A stretch of 64,000 nucleotides of DNA from Haliotis rufescens (lineage: Eukaryota), in the NCBI RefSeq assembly GCF_023055435.1, contig NW_025964001.1:12400001-12464000 (forward strand), written 5' to 3'. Made by a program: the position numbers and the translations under genes. Each line of letters starts with the position of its first letter. Positions within the stretch are counted from its first letter, which is position 1. Positions 50,100 to 62,422 of this stretch are shown here, one piece after another. Under the pieces are notes generated by a model, which worked only from the letters and a program-made list of their open reading frames with translations, did not search any database and was not told the DNA's origin.

Positions 50100-50860
50100 T
50101 ATGAACTCACACAACTCAAAAAAAGGTTTGAATGTCCATCGCGTCTTGCACAAACCCTTCAGTACTTTGACTTTACTTTGAGAACCTCATTTGTCCCAAA
50201 CAAATTAAAATAACCTTCTTTTGTGTTACGTTAAAACAGAGGTGCACCTTTGACAAGCACTCATCATGTTTCTGATTGCTGGCATCTTGAGGGATGAGGC
50301 TATGCTAAGGTTCAGAACATGACTACAGCAGTGCGTGATGAGTGCCAGCGGTTTTCTCTTCTTTGACTGGTGTTTGCAAACCTACTTTTGAGGTAAACAT
50401 GGATGCAGCTCCACCATACATGCCTGTCCTCTGACATCGTTAATACCAAGCCATGTTTTCTCAAGCCATCTTTGATACCAGTTGCATTGCCTCACCACTG
50501 GTTCTGTCCAAAAACATAAAACGCTCTCTGATTCAAGAATCGAAAGAGTTTTCTACAAAACGGAGAGGTACACTCAAAAACTCCTAATTGGTTGTCTGTG
50601 TAACCTCATCTACTATGACTGAAAATACGTACACATTCTTCTTCATGCAGGCTGTATGTGACTTGTGATCTGATAAACTCATTTTGGGTGTATTCTTTGT
50701 GTAGGTTGCATTCTTTTTACAGGTGATTTTGATTTACATCAAGAACTGCCAGGAAGCTGATTTTACTAGAGGTTGTGTTTGTATCCCTTAATGACTTTCC
50801 ACGTAACATTGCTTTCACAATACATTCGAGAATGTGCGTCCTCTTTTCCAAATGTTCCTT
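50100..50860 (-). pseudogene. Degenerate hAT transposase (THAP12/ZMYM1-like lineage)
   Basis: Frame-broken minus-strand motifs in the expected order: NATYT..., FSVIVDEVT...LRFV, HCCSHVLNL (CxxH), GLCKTRW; internal stops. Confidence 0.75.
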
Positions 50861-50908
50861 GTCTACTTTTGAAAAGTAAAGACTGCTTTGGTTCCTCGTG
50901 GACAGAAA

Positions 50909-51108
50909 TACAGTAAACTACGTTTATAACGAACACGGTTATAAGGAACTGACGGATATAACGAACACGCTTATAAGGAACTAAGGATATAACGAACATA
51001 TTTTTTGGGTCCCGGCAATTTGCTGTAAATATGCTTCTAACGAACTACGGTTATATCGAACTAATATCAGTGGTCCCTTTGAGTTCGTTATAACCGTAGT
51101 TTACTGTT
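50909..51108. mobile_element. pogo/Tigger-type MITE
   Basis: CAGTAAACTACG...CGTAGTTTACTG TIRs, internal TATAACGAAC repeats; partial related copy about 52485-52591. Confidence 0.7.
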
Positions 51109-51523
51109 TTTCGCCTTATGAACATAAAGCATCTTGTCATGTGTTACTGATACTCCTTCCTTTCCTTTGGATTTTGAAAACGTCAGAAACAGACGCCTAA
51201 CAAGCATCGTGTTGAGGAAACAAAACACAGTATTAACAGAAAAAGACACGCTTTGGGATGGACTGTATACCATATTGCCGAGGCAACGGAGTTAACTGAC
51301 AATACATGCCAGTGGAAACTGGAGTTTTATAGTCTGTTAACGATCTTGGCTCGGGGTGATGACTGTATTCCAGCCATTAATATTTCTTCAACCAGAAGTG
51401 AATGAGTAGGGTGGATTTAACGGCACTTTGAACAGTATTCCAGTATCCCGGCGTGTGAGCTTGGTGTAGGACGTAAGCCCGAATTGATGCAGGTCTTAGG
51501 CTGTTACAATTTTGGTGAAAGCC

Positions 51524-51616
51524 CAATCTCATTAAAATCAGATCTTAGTTCTCGCTATCGCTAAACAAAGCTTTGTTTAGCGGTAGCGAAAACTAATATC
51601 TGATTTAATGGGATTG
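51524..51616. mobile_element. Minimal (TIR-only) AcademH-like hairpin element inserted in a SINE
   Basis: 93-bp near-palindrome with 9-bp TSD GTGAAAGCC; related short copies at 6820-6903 and 54154-54238 (TSD GTATTCAAT), one-ended copy at about 61251. Confidence 0.8.
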
Positions 51617-51803
51617 GTGAAAGCCACGAGCACGGGTTTTGTGCTCAGAAACCTTGAAACATAACTGGGGAACCGGGATTTCTACCCCACGTTCATACGT
51701 TTCTCGTCTCTTGTCTCGACTTTGGTCAACTATATCCAGTACATCAAGTGATAACAACATTGAAGAAAGAGAGTAGCATCGTGATCAGTACAATTCTTGG
51801 ATA

Positions 51804-52157
51804 CTAAGATACATTTCTGACATGGTCAAGGTGTGTGTACGAAACCGAATTCAGAAAAAGTTCTGATGCCAGGAGTGCACGCAAGAAGGATGACAAAGAA
51901 CAATCTCCACACAACAGAAATACACAGTTGTAGAAACAGTTACCAATACATTTTGCTTTCAAGGCAAAGTATCCATCCTCGAAGTCACATGACAATAGGG
52001 CATTAGTTAGATTGTCGGTGGGAAATGTTTTGAAATCTGCTTGATTTATTGTCTGCATAGAGAGGTTAATCTCATCTTTAAACCCTTGGAAAATATCAAT
52101 AGCCCCGCTTATATTATTCTGATTGATACAGTCCTGTAGATGTGTGAGATCGGTCAT
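51804..52157 (-). pseudogene. Vertnin/OTU-like domain relic, probably transposon-derived
   Basis: 117-aa ORF with GNCFYNCV...LLCGD..LS..LR....EL..N..Y, resembling vertnin-like OTU motifs; the canonical DGNC is altered to IGNC. Confidence 0.45.
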
Positions 52158-52724
52158 ATTTACTAAAATGTCAATAGAGAAGTTCCAAGATGAAAACTAA
52201 CAGGAAAACAGAATCAATGCAAGCAGCTTCGGGAAATAAACGTTCAATCAGCGTATACAGGAGGGAAACACAAACCAAAAACAAATAAGTAAGCTTTAAA
52301 AGTATATTTGGGCGCGAGAATGCTCAAAATACAACACACCAGAATTTATTACTATTATTGAACAGGAATATTCACTTAATTCCAGAGCAAATTAAATATT
52401 CTAAGTTCAACATGGACGTCGACCTAACCCTTGTTTAGAAATAAAAACACATTTTCTTTGTGTTATATCTCAATATACGTTTAGAGTAGTTATATCAACA
52501 ATTTGGCCAAACAAATGGCCGGGGAAAAAAACAGTTCGTTATATCCGTCAGTTTGTTATAAGCGTGTTCGTTATAAACGTAGTTGACTGTACATAAATAC
52601 AGAATGACGCTATGATACACTGGATAATGGAGGGTGTTCTTGTGCCTTCGCTGATCAATTGGAATAAAGGCAACAAAAAACATTTCCATGGCCTCAAGAA
52701 ATCTCAGCTGTAGCAGTCATTGTC

Positions 52725-52845
52725 ATGTCATTGGTCTAAGGGCGGTTACTCTAAGTTTGCTAATCCCTCTTGGAAAAATAGACTGTTCCGGAAGTCAACG
52801 TTAGGTTGGGAGATTCCAAATGTAGGGGATTTCCAGTCACGAGTT
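52725..52845 (+). promoter_or_regulatory. Putative promoter of ABHD12 copy 2 with two NF-kB consensus sites
   Basis: ATTGG 52730, GGGCGG 52740, ETS CCGGAAGT 52788, GGGAGATTCC 52808-52817 and GGGGATTTCC 52825-52834 (both fit GGGRNWYYCC); donor AG/GTAAG at 52953/4. Confidence 0.6.
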
Positions 52846-52933
52846 GTGTATGACAACACGGAGGAGGAAACTAACTTTGAAGGAAGAAAATCGAGTCATA
52901 AACAGCTGACATACTTGCGAACTTTGGGCAGTC

Positions 52934-55900
52934 ATGGGGTATAGTAGAGATAGGTAAGATTTAAAGTTTATTTTGTGTTTAGTTTGGAAGTAACTATGTG
53001 AACTATCAAAGTAATTATCCGCTGCTTGCAGTGTTGCTGTCGACTAGTCTACGAGGTTACAACTTTTGACAACAATCTGTCTTGACGTGAGTCGAGTTAA
53101 AAATAGAACACTGTTCGACCTCACAAAGACCGTCACCCCTGTGTCAGTTCAGGCGGTGCCGTTATTCTGATTATGATGATGGCGTGTGTTTCTAGTGATA
53201 CCATGGATGACATCAGCTTATTCAAATGTTAGGCCACTAATCGACAGTGATGAAATGGTTGGCGATATTGTAAAGCTGGCATGCATCTTCACGCGTTCAA
53301 AGTTAACAGATGGAACAAAATATTTCAGATAAGACATGAGGCATGTAGAATCATGTTCATCTGAATTGATCCACAGAACACTTGTCTGCCAATATCCAAA
53401 TCCCCATCTCATCTGTAGTATTGGTACAGCTTGGAGTCTGCATACTGACTGTGTCCATTCACAGGACCATGTAACTAATAATAATAACAAACACACTTGC
53501 AGGCGAGCCCGAAAGCTGCGAGTTTGTTTGTTATTGTTATTAATTACATGGTCCTGTGGTCCATGTTAAACTGCTATTTGGTATTTCAATGGGCTAGCCC
53601 AGCACAAGCAGCCCTCCCTATAGTATATGACCAGTCCCTATATAGGCCTTATGTTCAAATTTTATGGTCAACTTTTTTATTTAAAAAAAATAGAACTGTG
53701 TCAGTTTTTCATGCCAAACATGCCTGCCGATCAGTATTTTAGAAATAGAAAACTCTTAAACCAAGAAATCACAGATCTAAGCTGCAGTGTGTATAGTTTC
53801 AAATTGTATGCAGTTTGAACTTGCTTCGATGTAATTAAAGAAAGGTATTGTTAAGTTATTGAAATGTTCAGAGGAATGGCGATGGTAATGTCACTTCCAA
53901 AATGAAGCTACGGGTGTGAGAAAATATTGCTTCACATCACATAAGCAATCCTACAGCCACTCACAGCGATGATGGAATTGAGGCATAATACCCTGGATAA
54001 TCTAGGTTGTAGTATACATCAAGGACACTGCCAGGTACCTAAGTCTTTATTAAGTGAATGTATTGGTCAGTGATCCAGGTAAATACATTTTGAGTGTTTA
54101 CTCACATGTTACTATTCACATTGGGTATTTATAGTTTTCTTTGGGTATTCAATAAATCTCATTAAAATCAAATCATAGTGCGCCCCACTGCTTCACATAG
54201 TGGTATCAAGCACATAAATCTGATTTTAAGGACATCTGGTATTCAATAAGAACGTATTAACATTTTCAACTGATTGTCATCCAAAATGTTTGTAAGATAT
54301 TTTATAAATTTTGATAATGATATAAAACAATGTTCTATCAAAAGCTTGTCTTGTAAATAAGACACACTGAAAATTATGAAGGAGGTATTAACCATCATTA
54401 GCAGGTGGTTCATTAGAGATTATCAAATTGTTGGAAAACAGATTAATGTGAGTACCAGGTGGTGGTTGTGTGCTCCAGGTTGTGTAGAGTCACACTTGAA
54501 ATAGGATACCTGGAGGCTGGTTTTGTGAAAAGATGTGTCTGATATCACATTTCAAAACAGTAGGTGGTCTGCAGAATTTATTGAAGTTCTAAACATTATC
54601 AGAGGGCTTTTTGTTTGAGCACATTTATCAGTTAATGGATGTGATGTAAGTGATTTAAGTGATGAAACCCCCCATGGAGCCCAACTTAAATTATTCCAGA
54701 TATGATTGTGAGCTAATCCAGGAAGAACTGGCAAAAACAATTTGGTGCCAATTTTTTACCCAGAATGCGCTGAAGGAAATTTAAATTCTTGTTGTATTAT
54801 GGAGGTTTGAATTGATTCTGTGGCCTATTTTTAAGATTCTGCACCAAACACTCACAATACCCGTTGTGAAATGTGAAATTTTGTTACAAGAAAGACTGGC
54901 GAAACAATGTCCTGTGACAAGAGGGTTAAGGGGGTCATCGAGAGTGCATAAGCTACTATCAGTGATGTATCATTTCTACATGCAATGTCACTGATAAAGA
55001 AGAAGAAGATTCCGGGGTAGAATAGGTCTTCAGCAACCCATACTTGCCGTAAAATGTGACTATGCTTGTCGTAAAAGGCGACTAACGGGATCTAGTGGTC
55101 AGGTTCGCTGACTTGGTTGATGCGTGTCATTGATCCCAATTGCGTTGACCGATGCTCATTATATTAATCCCTGGGTTGTCTGGTCCAGACTCGATTATTT
55201 ACAGACCGCCATCTTATAGCTGGAAAAGTCCTTAGTGCAGCGTTAAACAACAAACCAACCAAGTCACTGATAAAACCCAGTAATGTTGAGCGGTTTCAAT
55301 ATTTGTTTAAATATAGCCGGCAGAGGTGCATTTTAAAGCAAGCGACAGTTTATGACATTTATATTCGATAGATATTTTTTTCACTTTCATTCTTGGGGAT
55401 AAAGGGATTATTATTGGGAACTAATAAGCATATTTTGTTTGTCCGATTCTGTAGTTTTCATTGATATGCATAGGAATGCAGTTGTTAGGTATTTGTTTAT
55501 TGACGCTGCACTCCTCCAAACACTACAAACTCTATCTTCCGTGTGACAATGAATCAGTTAGGTTTGTGATGACAAGGGACCTGTGAAGATATGAGTTAGA
55601 ACAGGTCTTCAGCAACCCATGCTTGCGTGGTGACTATGCATATGCTTGTCGTAAGAGGTGACTAATGGGATCGGGTGGTCAGGCTTGCTGACTTGGTTGA
55701 TGCATGTCATTGTATCCCAATTGAGTGGATTGGTGCTCATGATGGATCACTGGTTTTTCTGGTCCATACTCGATTATTTACAGACCGCCGTCATATAGCT
55801 GGGATGTGGCGTTAAACAACAAACAAACAAACAAATGTAATGACAAGGATGGATACGAGCTGTGTAGGGGCTAATGGGATGATTGTACCCCACTCACACA

Positions 55901-58900
55901 GTTACACACTGGTCATGTTGATATGTATCACATATATATATTTCATGTACTCATATTTACCAATGAAGTTGGAAAGAAATTCTGTGGCTTGCTCCTTGTC
56001 TCCCTGGTATTTCCTGGGGAGACTTCACTTCCAACCCTGCAATGATCAACCATTCCTTTGATCTGTAAATAATTACACATGCATTATCATCAATGTGCAA
56101 CATAGCCAAGTATTGTTATTTATAAGGAAAGATTCTGAAAATTTTAAATTATGTTCTTTTACATTCAATTGCTGGAAAATACAGAAACAAATAACACCTT
56201 ATTATGATATGTGATTTATTGGTCGGAACAAAACAATGACCAATGATAAATTATAACTGATGCTTAACACTATGCCATGATACAGCTGGATATTGCTTAG
56301 CCTGGCATTAATTAACATTCACTCACCTTCAAGTTTGTGTCATCTCTAGTCCGTAGATTGATGCTCATGATGTCAGTCACTGGATTGTCGGGTCCAGACT
56401 TGATTATTTACAGACCACCGTCATATAGCTGGAATATTGCTTGTGTGGCATTAAACAACAAACAAACAAACAAAATACTTTGATGCCTTGCCCATCACAG
56501 TGTTTGTTACTTGCAGGACATTCCTGGGTTACCTCAAGCGCTTCCAGCTGCGGTTCCTGCTGGTGATTGTGGTGTTCCTGTACGTTGTCGTACCGCTGCT
56601 GGTGTGGCTCAACCCCAGCATCGTCAACATTTTCATATTCGGAAACTACTGTGAGTTCAGCGTCTTTTTCAGTCATTTTCAGTGAAATTTTGATCCTGAT
56701 ATTTAAACAATCCAGGAATCTTGCTATAAGTTACCATGGCTACTGTCAGATTGTTATCGATATAACTCAAATCATTAACAGGGCCCCGTTCCACAAAGTA
56801 TTCTTAGTGCTAACTCCTATACTTTAACGTAGGCTTACGATAGTCGGAGCACTAAGTTCGCTTTGTACAATGTGGACCTGGCCAGCAGATCTAAATAACA
56901 CCATCATGATCAAAGGTCACTAGCCTTCAATGATTCAGATGACAGGTGCCCTAAAACTCTATCGACTATTTCATCTGTTCCCCCTGCAGTTGTGCTGCCC
57001 TTCTCGGACCTCTCCCACCCCAGCTCCTATGGCTTGCACGATGCCCGCCACCTCCAGATTGTCAGTGATGACGGTTTACAACTGGGGATATGGTAAGTGA
57101 GTTTGTAGTAGTCTGTATATCTTTTTATTTGAAATCTTAATGGTAAATGGAGTCGTTTATAATCCAGTGATTATCCAGTGAATCTCAATTCTTTTATGAT
57201 ATATACCCTGGGCTCAATGGCCTCACACCCCACCCCCCACTACTACACAACTCTGGTACTCCCACCATCACTACCCAGCAATGCCTTGTGGATGAATAAG
57301 GGGTTTTGATAATGACAATAACAATGAGTCTGTGTGATATGTTCCAGGCAGCTGTTACCAGCCTCACTGAGTGGTCAACCTTTTGAGCAGGCTTTGGCAT
57401 CAGGAAAAGAGATCATTCTTTATTTACATGGAAAAGGTCAAAATAGGTAAATACTCACTTCTCACTCCAGTGAGTGAGCGAGGATGGTTTTATGCCGCTT
57501 TTAGCAATATTCAAGCAATATCACCAGAAATGGGCTTCACACATTGTACCCATGTCAGGAATCGAACCTGGTTCTTTGGCGTGATGAGGGACGCTTTAAC
57601 CACTAGGCTACCCGACCGCCCCTCTCACTCCAGACTCACTTGCTCCCTTTTTCACTGACTCACTGACTCACTCTTTCTTGCACCTGGATTAAACTAAATC
57701 TCATATTTGACTCTTCCATTAATGTTCATCATTTTCTTTGTTAAAAATAGTAAAAGTTTGTTTTGAATATTTGTGTGATATATTTTTCAGAGGAAGTAAG
57801 ATTCGTGTAGGCACATACAAAGCACTCACGCGGATGGGCTTCCATGTCGTCACCTTTGACTATCGAGGTAGGCGTTAGACACCTGGCATCTTGTACTTTA
57901 CCAGTATTGGAGAATATTTCCTGCTCTTGTTGCTTACATGCTCTCTTACTGTTACAATAATTACCCAGAAACTAATACCCCGTTCACATGCACCTCTATA
58001 AATATCTGTGTAGATTTGCATACATGTGTAATTATACATACATGGGTACACTTGTCATGTGGACCTGTTTACTCCAGCATGTATATTTACATGGTTTTAC
58101 ACCAGGAGCAAATTTGCACCATGTCTGGAGCAGGTGATTTATACCCTGTTTACATGCATACATTTACTAACGTAAGTACTTTTGCACATGAGTAACATAC
58201 GTGTGTATATGTAAATTTACTATGCATTCACAGGAAAATCAACTTAGGTGTGTAAATAAAGTATGTAAATTGTGTAAGGCGCACATATTCGTCAGTCTGT
58301 TTACGACTTTCAACACAAAACAGGTTGTTTTCCAATCAAAGTTGAATGAGAAGACAGTTACTTCACCGAAAATTTTCAGGTGAAGCAACATGTGTTTGAT
58401 TTAATTTGTACACAAAGTTTTGACTCCTTGAAACCAAAAGAAAACACTGTCCACTCAACTCTGTATGTACACATATAAGTTGGCAACTGTTGACAATTTG
58501 TTTGGTGGCAAAAGAACAGATATTAATTAGATCATCCTCTTACGTTGACATAAACGTTGACATTGCAACATATACACAAAGTGAAAATTTACATTTACAT
58601 TTGCACCTGCTCCAGACATGATGCAAATTTGCTCCAGGTGTAAATATACACACATGAGTAAACGCGTTCACGTGACAAGCATACTCACGTATGTATTTCT
58701 ACACACATATGCACATATACACACATACGTATAGAGGTGCATGTGAGCGAGGTATTAGACTGTTGTGGACTGAAAAATCTTTATTGTAATTTACAGACCT
58801 CTGTCAGGGAACAGTCCTTGCATGTCTAAGGGAAATAAGTGTTGGGTTTCTATTTATCATTGTTATGACATCAGTAAGTTTTGCAGACATTACACTTAGC

Positions 58901-61900
58901 TGAGTTATAAAAGTAGTCTCAGTTAGTGAGGTGCCATACTGTGCGGGTATTTAATACAGTGTAGTCCTGATTGGTTTGATTATGGACCCATGAAGATCCG
59001 GGGTAGAACAGGTCTTCACACACCCATGCTTGCCGTAAAAAGTGACTATGCTTGTCGTAAGAGGCAACTAACGGGATCGGGTGGTCAGGCTTGCTGACTT
59101 GATTGATGCATGTCATCGTATCAAAATTGCGTGGATCGATGCTCATTTTGAGATTTGATTATTTACAGATTGCCGTCATATAGCTGAAATATTGCTGACT
59201 GTGACGTTAAGAACAATCAGACAGAACATTTTGATTCTGGTAGTAATATCATCATAATAGCTGCTTCATATCCTGATAGATTTTACCACATGATTCAGTG
59301 TCATGTCTGGAAATGTTTAAATTATATGAAAACTTAAATTTATGATCAAGAATAATTTCATTTCCTACTTTCACTCCTCCATAAGACAAGGACCTGTTGT
59401 CATGGTAATGAGGGATCTCATTGTGTGTTGTATTTGACTGAATCCAGTGTTTTCTTGTTAGTGTAGAAAACACGCTCTTCTCAAGTAAGCTCAAAGATTG
59501 ATTCTTTGTAGGGGTTCTTTGCCTTTAGGCATTGTAGTCTATGGCGTCAAAAACATGCTTCTGACTCTGTGCCTGACTCTCTGTTTCTGACCATGCTGAC
59601 TGTTTCTGATTGTGAATGATTCTGTTTATGAGATTCAGTTTCTGATTTTGTGAGTGACTGTTTTTGAATCTGTGAATGATTCTGTTTTGGACTTTCTGAA
59701 TGATTCTGTTTCAGACTGTTTTTGAATCTGTGAATGATTCTGTTTCTGACTGTTTTTGAATCTGTGCATGATTCTGTTTTGGACTGAATGATTCTGTTTC
59801 AGACTGTTTTTTGAATCTGTGAATGATTCTGTTTCTGACTGTTTTGGAATCTGTAAATGATTCTGTTTTGGACTGTCTGATTGATTCTGTTTCAGACTGT
59901 TTTTGAATCTGTGAATGATTCTGTTTCTGACTGTTTTGGATATGTGAATGATTCTGTTTCTGATTTTGCCAGGCTATGGTGACTCCACGGGTTTCCCGAC
60001 TGAGGACGGCCTCATGGCCGATGCTCTCACAGTGTACAACTGGGTAAAACGGCAGTGCCAGTCTTCTCCTGTCTTTATATGGGGGCATTCTCTTGGAACT
60101 GGGTCAGTATTTACCTCAAATCAAATCTACATGGTCAGATGTGTTCTCGATCAATATATGAATATGTCGAACATAAATATTTTTCATGATCTGTGAGGAA
60201 CTCTTTTTAATTTTTTCCCTACAAAGAACACTAAGTAACACAACTATCCTCACACTGAACTCGACTCTTGAGTACAATGTGAATTGTCAAGCATGGCTAA
60301 CACAGTTTGCTTCAGAGGACAATTTGAAATTTGAAGAATATTTTTTCATGGGCATTACAAATGACTGACATGCAGTATTCAAAGCCTGTGAAACGTTTCC
60401 AACCATGGGAAAGTAACCATAGTTTGGAAAAGGCAGTGGCAGCTGTGGTGAATGTGAACTTTGGTCATCTTTCGGACAGATCAGACATGACAAGTGTTGT
60501 TCATTGTAAAATCTAAAAGATTTAAAATTTAAATTTGTCTTCTTTACCATTACATCACATAGTTGTTTGTATGTGTGATATGCTTGTATGCTGTTTGTTT
60601 ATGTACCGATATATAAATGTGTGTATTTGTGTGTTTGTGTATTTGTGTGTGACTTGTGTATTTGCATCATAATATTTGCAACAGTATGTACAATTAGTCT
60701 AAATCTATTATTTTATGTACAGTTTACTCTTATTAATTGTTAAATGTCCTTTGTAGGGAGAGGTGTTTAAATAGGTTTAAACTGTTCACCAATCCCATTC
60801 CTTTTTCTTGGAAATAAATATTGTTTACATCACAAGTGCTGACAATATCATTTCAGAGTAGCTACCAAGCTGGCCAGACACCTCAGCTTAGAAGGTATGT
60901 TGACATGGTTTATGGGTGCTTTTCTCTTAGGAAAATCTTTTTCATAAAACTTGTGTAATGACATTGTCATGTGTATCAATTTGTCATATTTTGTCAGCAT
61001 GACATCTTGAGCTTTATGATATTGTGAGATGTAAAAACACAGCGTTTTCACTCATTCATATGTTGTTTTCAATAACAAAATTGCAAGACGGCATGTCATG
61101 AAACAAGCCACTTTGTTGTCACTGTACTAAATTGGCTTCTCTCCTGTTAATCCCATTGGCTTCCCCGTTACCATGGTTACAGGGTTACCTTTGAACATGA
61201 ATCCTACCTTGTGTAAAATTCTTGCATCAAAATTCTGTGATGTTATATTACAATTTCATTAAAATCAGATCTAAGTTCTCGCTGCCGCTAAACAAAGATC
61301 TGAGGCCATCCCATAACGGGTCAGGTCAAATAAGCTGCTTTAATCAGGGATTATTGTGATTTGTTAACCTTTCGCATATTCTAAAAACACAGGGCAGCAT
61401 CTGGGGTTGTACGTTGAGTTTCCCTGCGTTGTTACTCTGTGCAACTGTCTGTCCATCAGTTCTCCCATTTAAACATTTCCACTCCTCAACTCTGGCCTTC
61501 GTAATATTGTATATTCCATTGTCCATGTATTTGTCAAGGCAAAACAAACTGAGCTTTTCATTTCCTTTCACATTACCTACAAGATTAACATTCCATGTTT
61601 CCAGTTGGCAGCTGTGTTAGATTTGACAGTGTTTGGAATTGAAAGGGCAACTGATCATGTATGAGAAAGATGTGCTTTCCTTTAGGTGATTTTTGTTGTT
61701 GTTGGTTTTCGGACCCACTGACATGAAAAATAGCAAAACTTTGATGGTATAATAATAAATAAAAAAAGAAGTTAACTTCAAATATCACACAAATTAGTTT
61801 CATTGCGAAATAGGCGAAGTGTTAACCCCAAAGTCTGACCGATTAGAGTTACGGCCCTTCAATATGACATATCTGGTTGTGCAGTCATTTAGTTTGTGAA

Positions 61901-62338
61901 TTGATTTACGATATTACATGCCTTATGATACTGAAAACAAGATTCAATAAGCACACAATTGAAATAATTCAATTGGTTTTTAACTCTACCTCCAACATAT
62001 TCACTTGAAGGCATTTTTTTTTTTGACCACCGACATTGTAAGAACAAACTAAAATTCTGTAAACCAACTAAAAAAACATTAATCCCCTTAAATATCGGCT
62101 CCTCCTGAGATGCGGCAGCCATATCAGCTGTTTCAATCATGGTTTGTAATTGTGATGTGAAACCTCTGACTAACTAATCATAATTTTTCAATGGTAGAAT
62201 TAACATTACCTGGGTGTTACTGTTGTCATTATAACATGATGTGTGCTATGTGTTCCAGGTACACCTGCACTGGGCGTGGTCCTGCAGAATCCCTTCACCA
62301 ACGTCCAGAGTGTCATGGACTACTCCAAAATGGCAATG
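52934..62338 (+). CDS. ABHD12: ABHD12-like lipase (tandem paralog, copy 2); remaining 3' exons beyond window
   Basis: Exons 52934-52953 (MGYSRDR, least certain), 56517-56650, 56990-57092, 57348-57446, 57791-57867, 59973-60102, 60857-60894, 62259-62338; same intron phases as copy 1 and identical sizes for four exons (77, 130, 38, 80 nt); FDYRGYGDSTGFPTEDG and WGHSLGTG present. Confidence 0.9.
57972..58758. mobile_element. Long-TIR MITE (superfamily uncertain, possibly PIF/Harbinger)
   Basis: About 190-bp imperfect TIRs CTAATACCCCGTTCACATGCACCTCTATA / TATAGAGGTGCATGTGAGCGAGGTATTAG. Confidence 0.7.
59590..59970 (+). repeat. About 34-bp degenerate tandem repeat abutting the exon-6 acceptor of ABHD12 copy 2
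   Basis: Unit about TGTGAATGATTCTGTTTCTGACTGTTTTTGAATC; the last unit runs into the true acceptor TTTTGCCAG at 59972. Confidence 0.9.
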
Positions 62339-62422
62339 GTAAAACAGGATTTTTAAATAAAGTAAAGATTTTAATGCCGCACTCAGCAATATTCCAGCTA
62401 TATGACAGTGGTAATAAAATAA

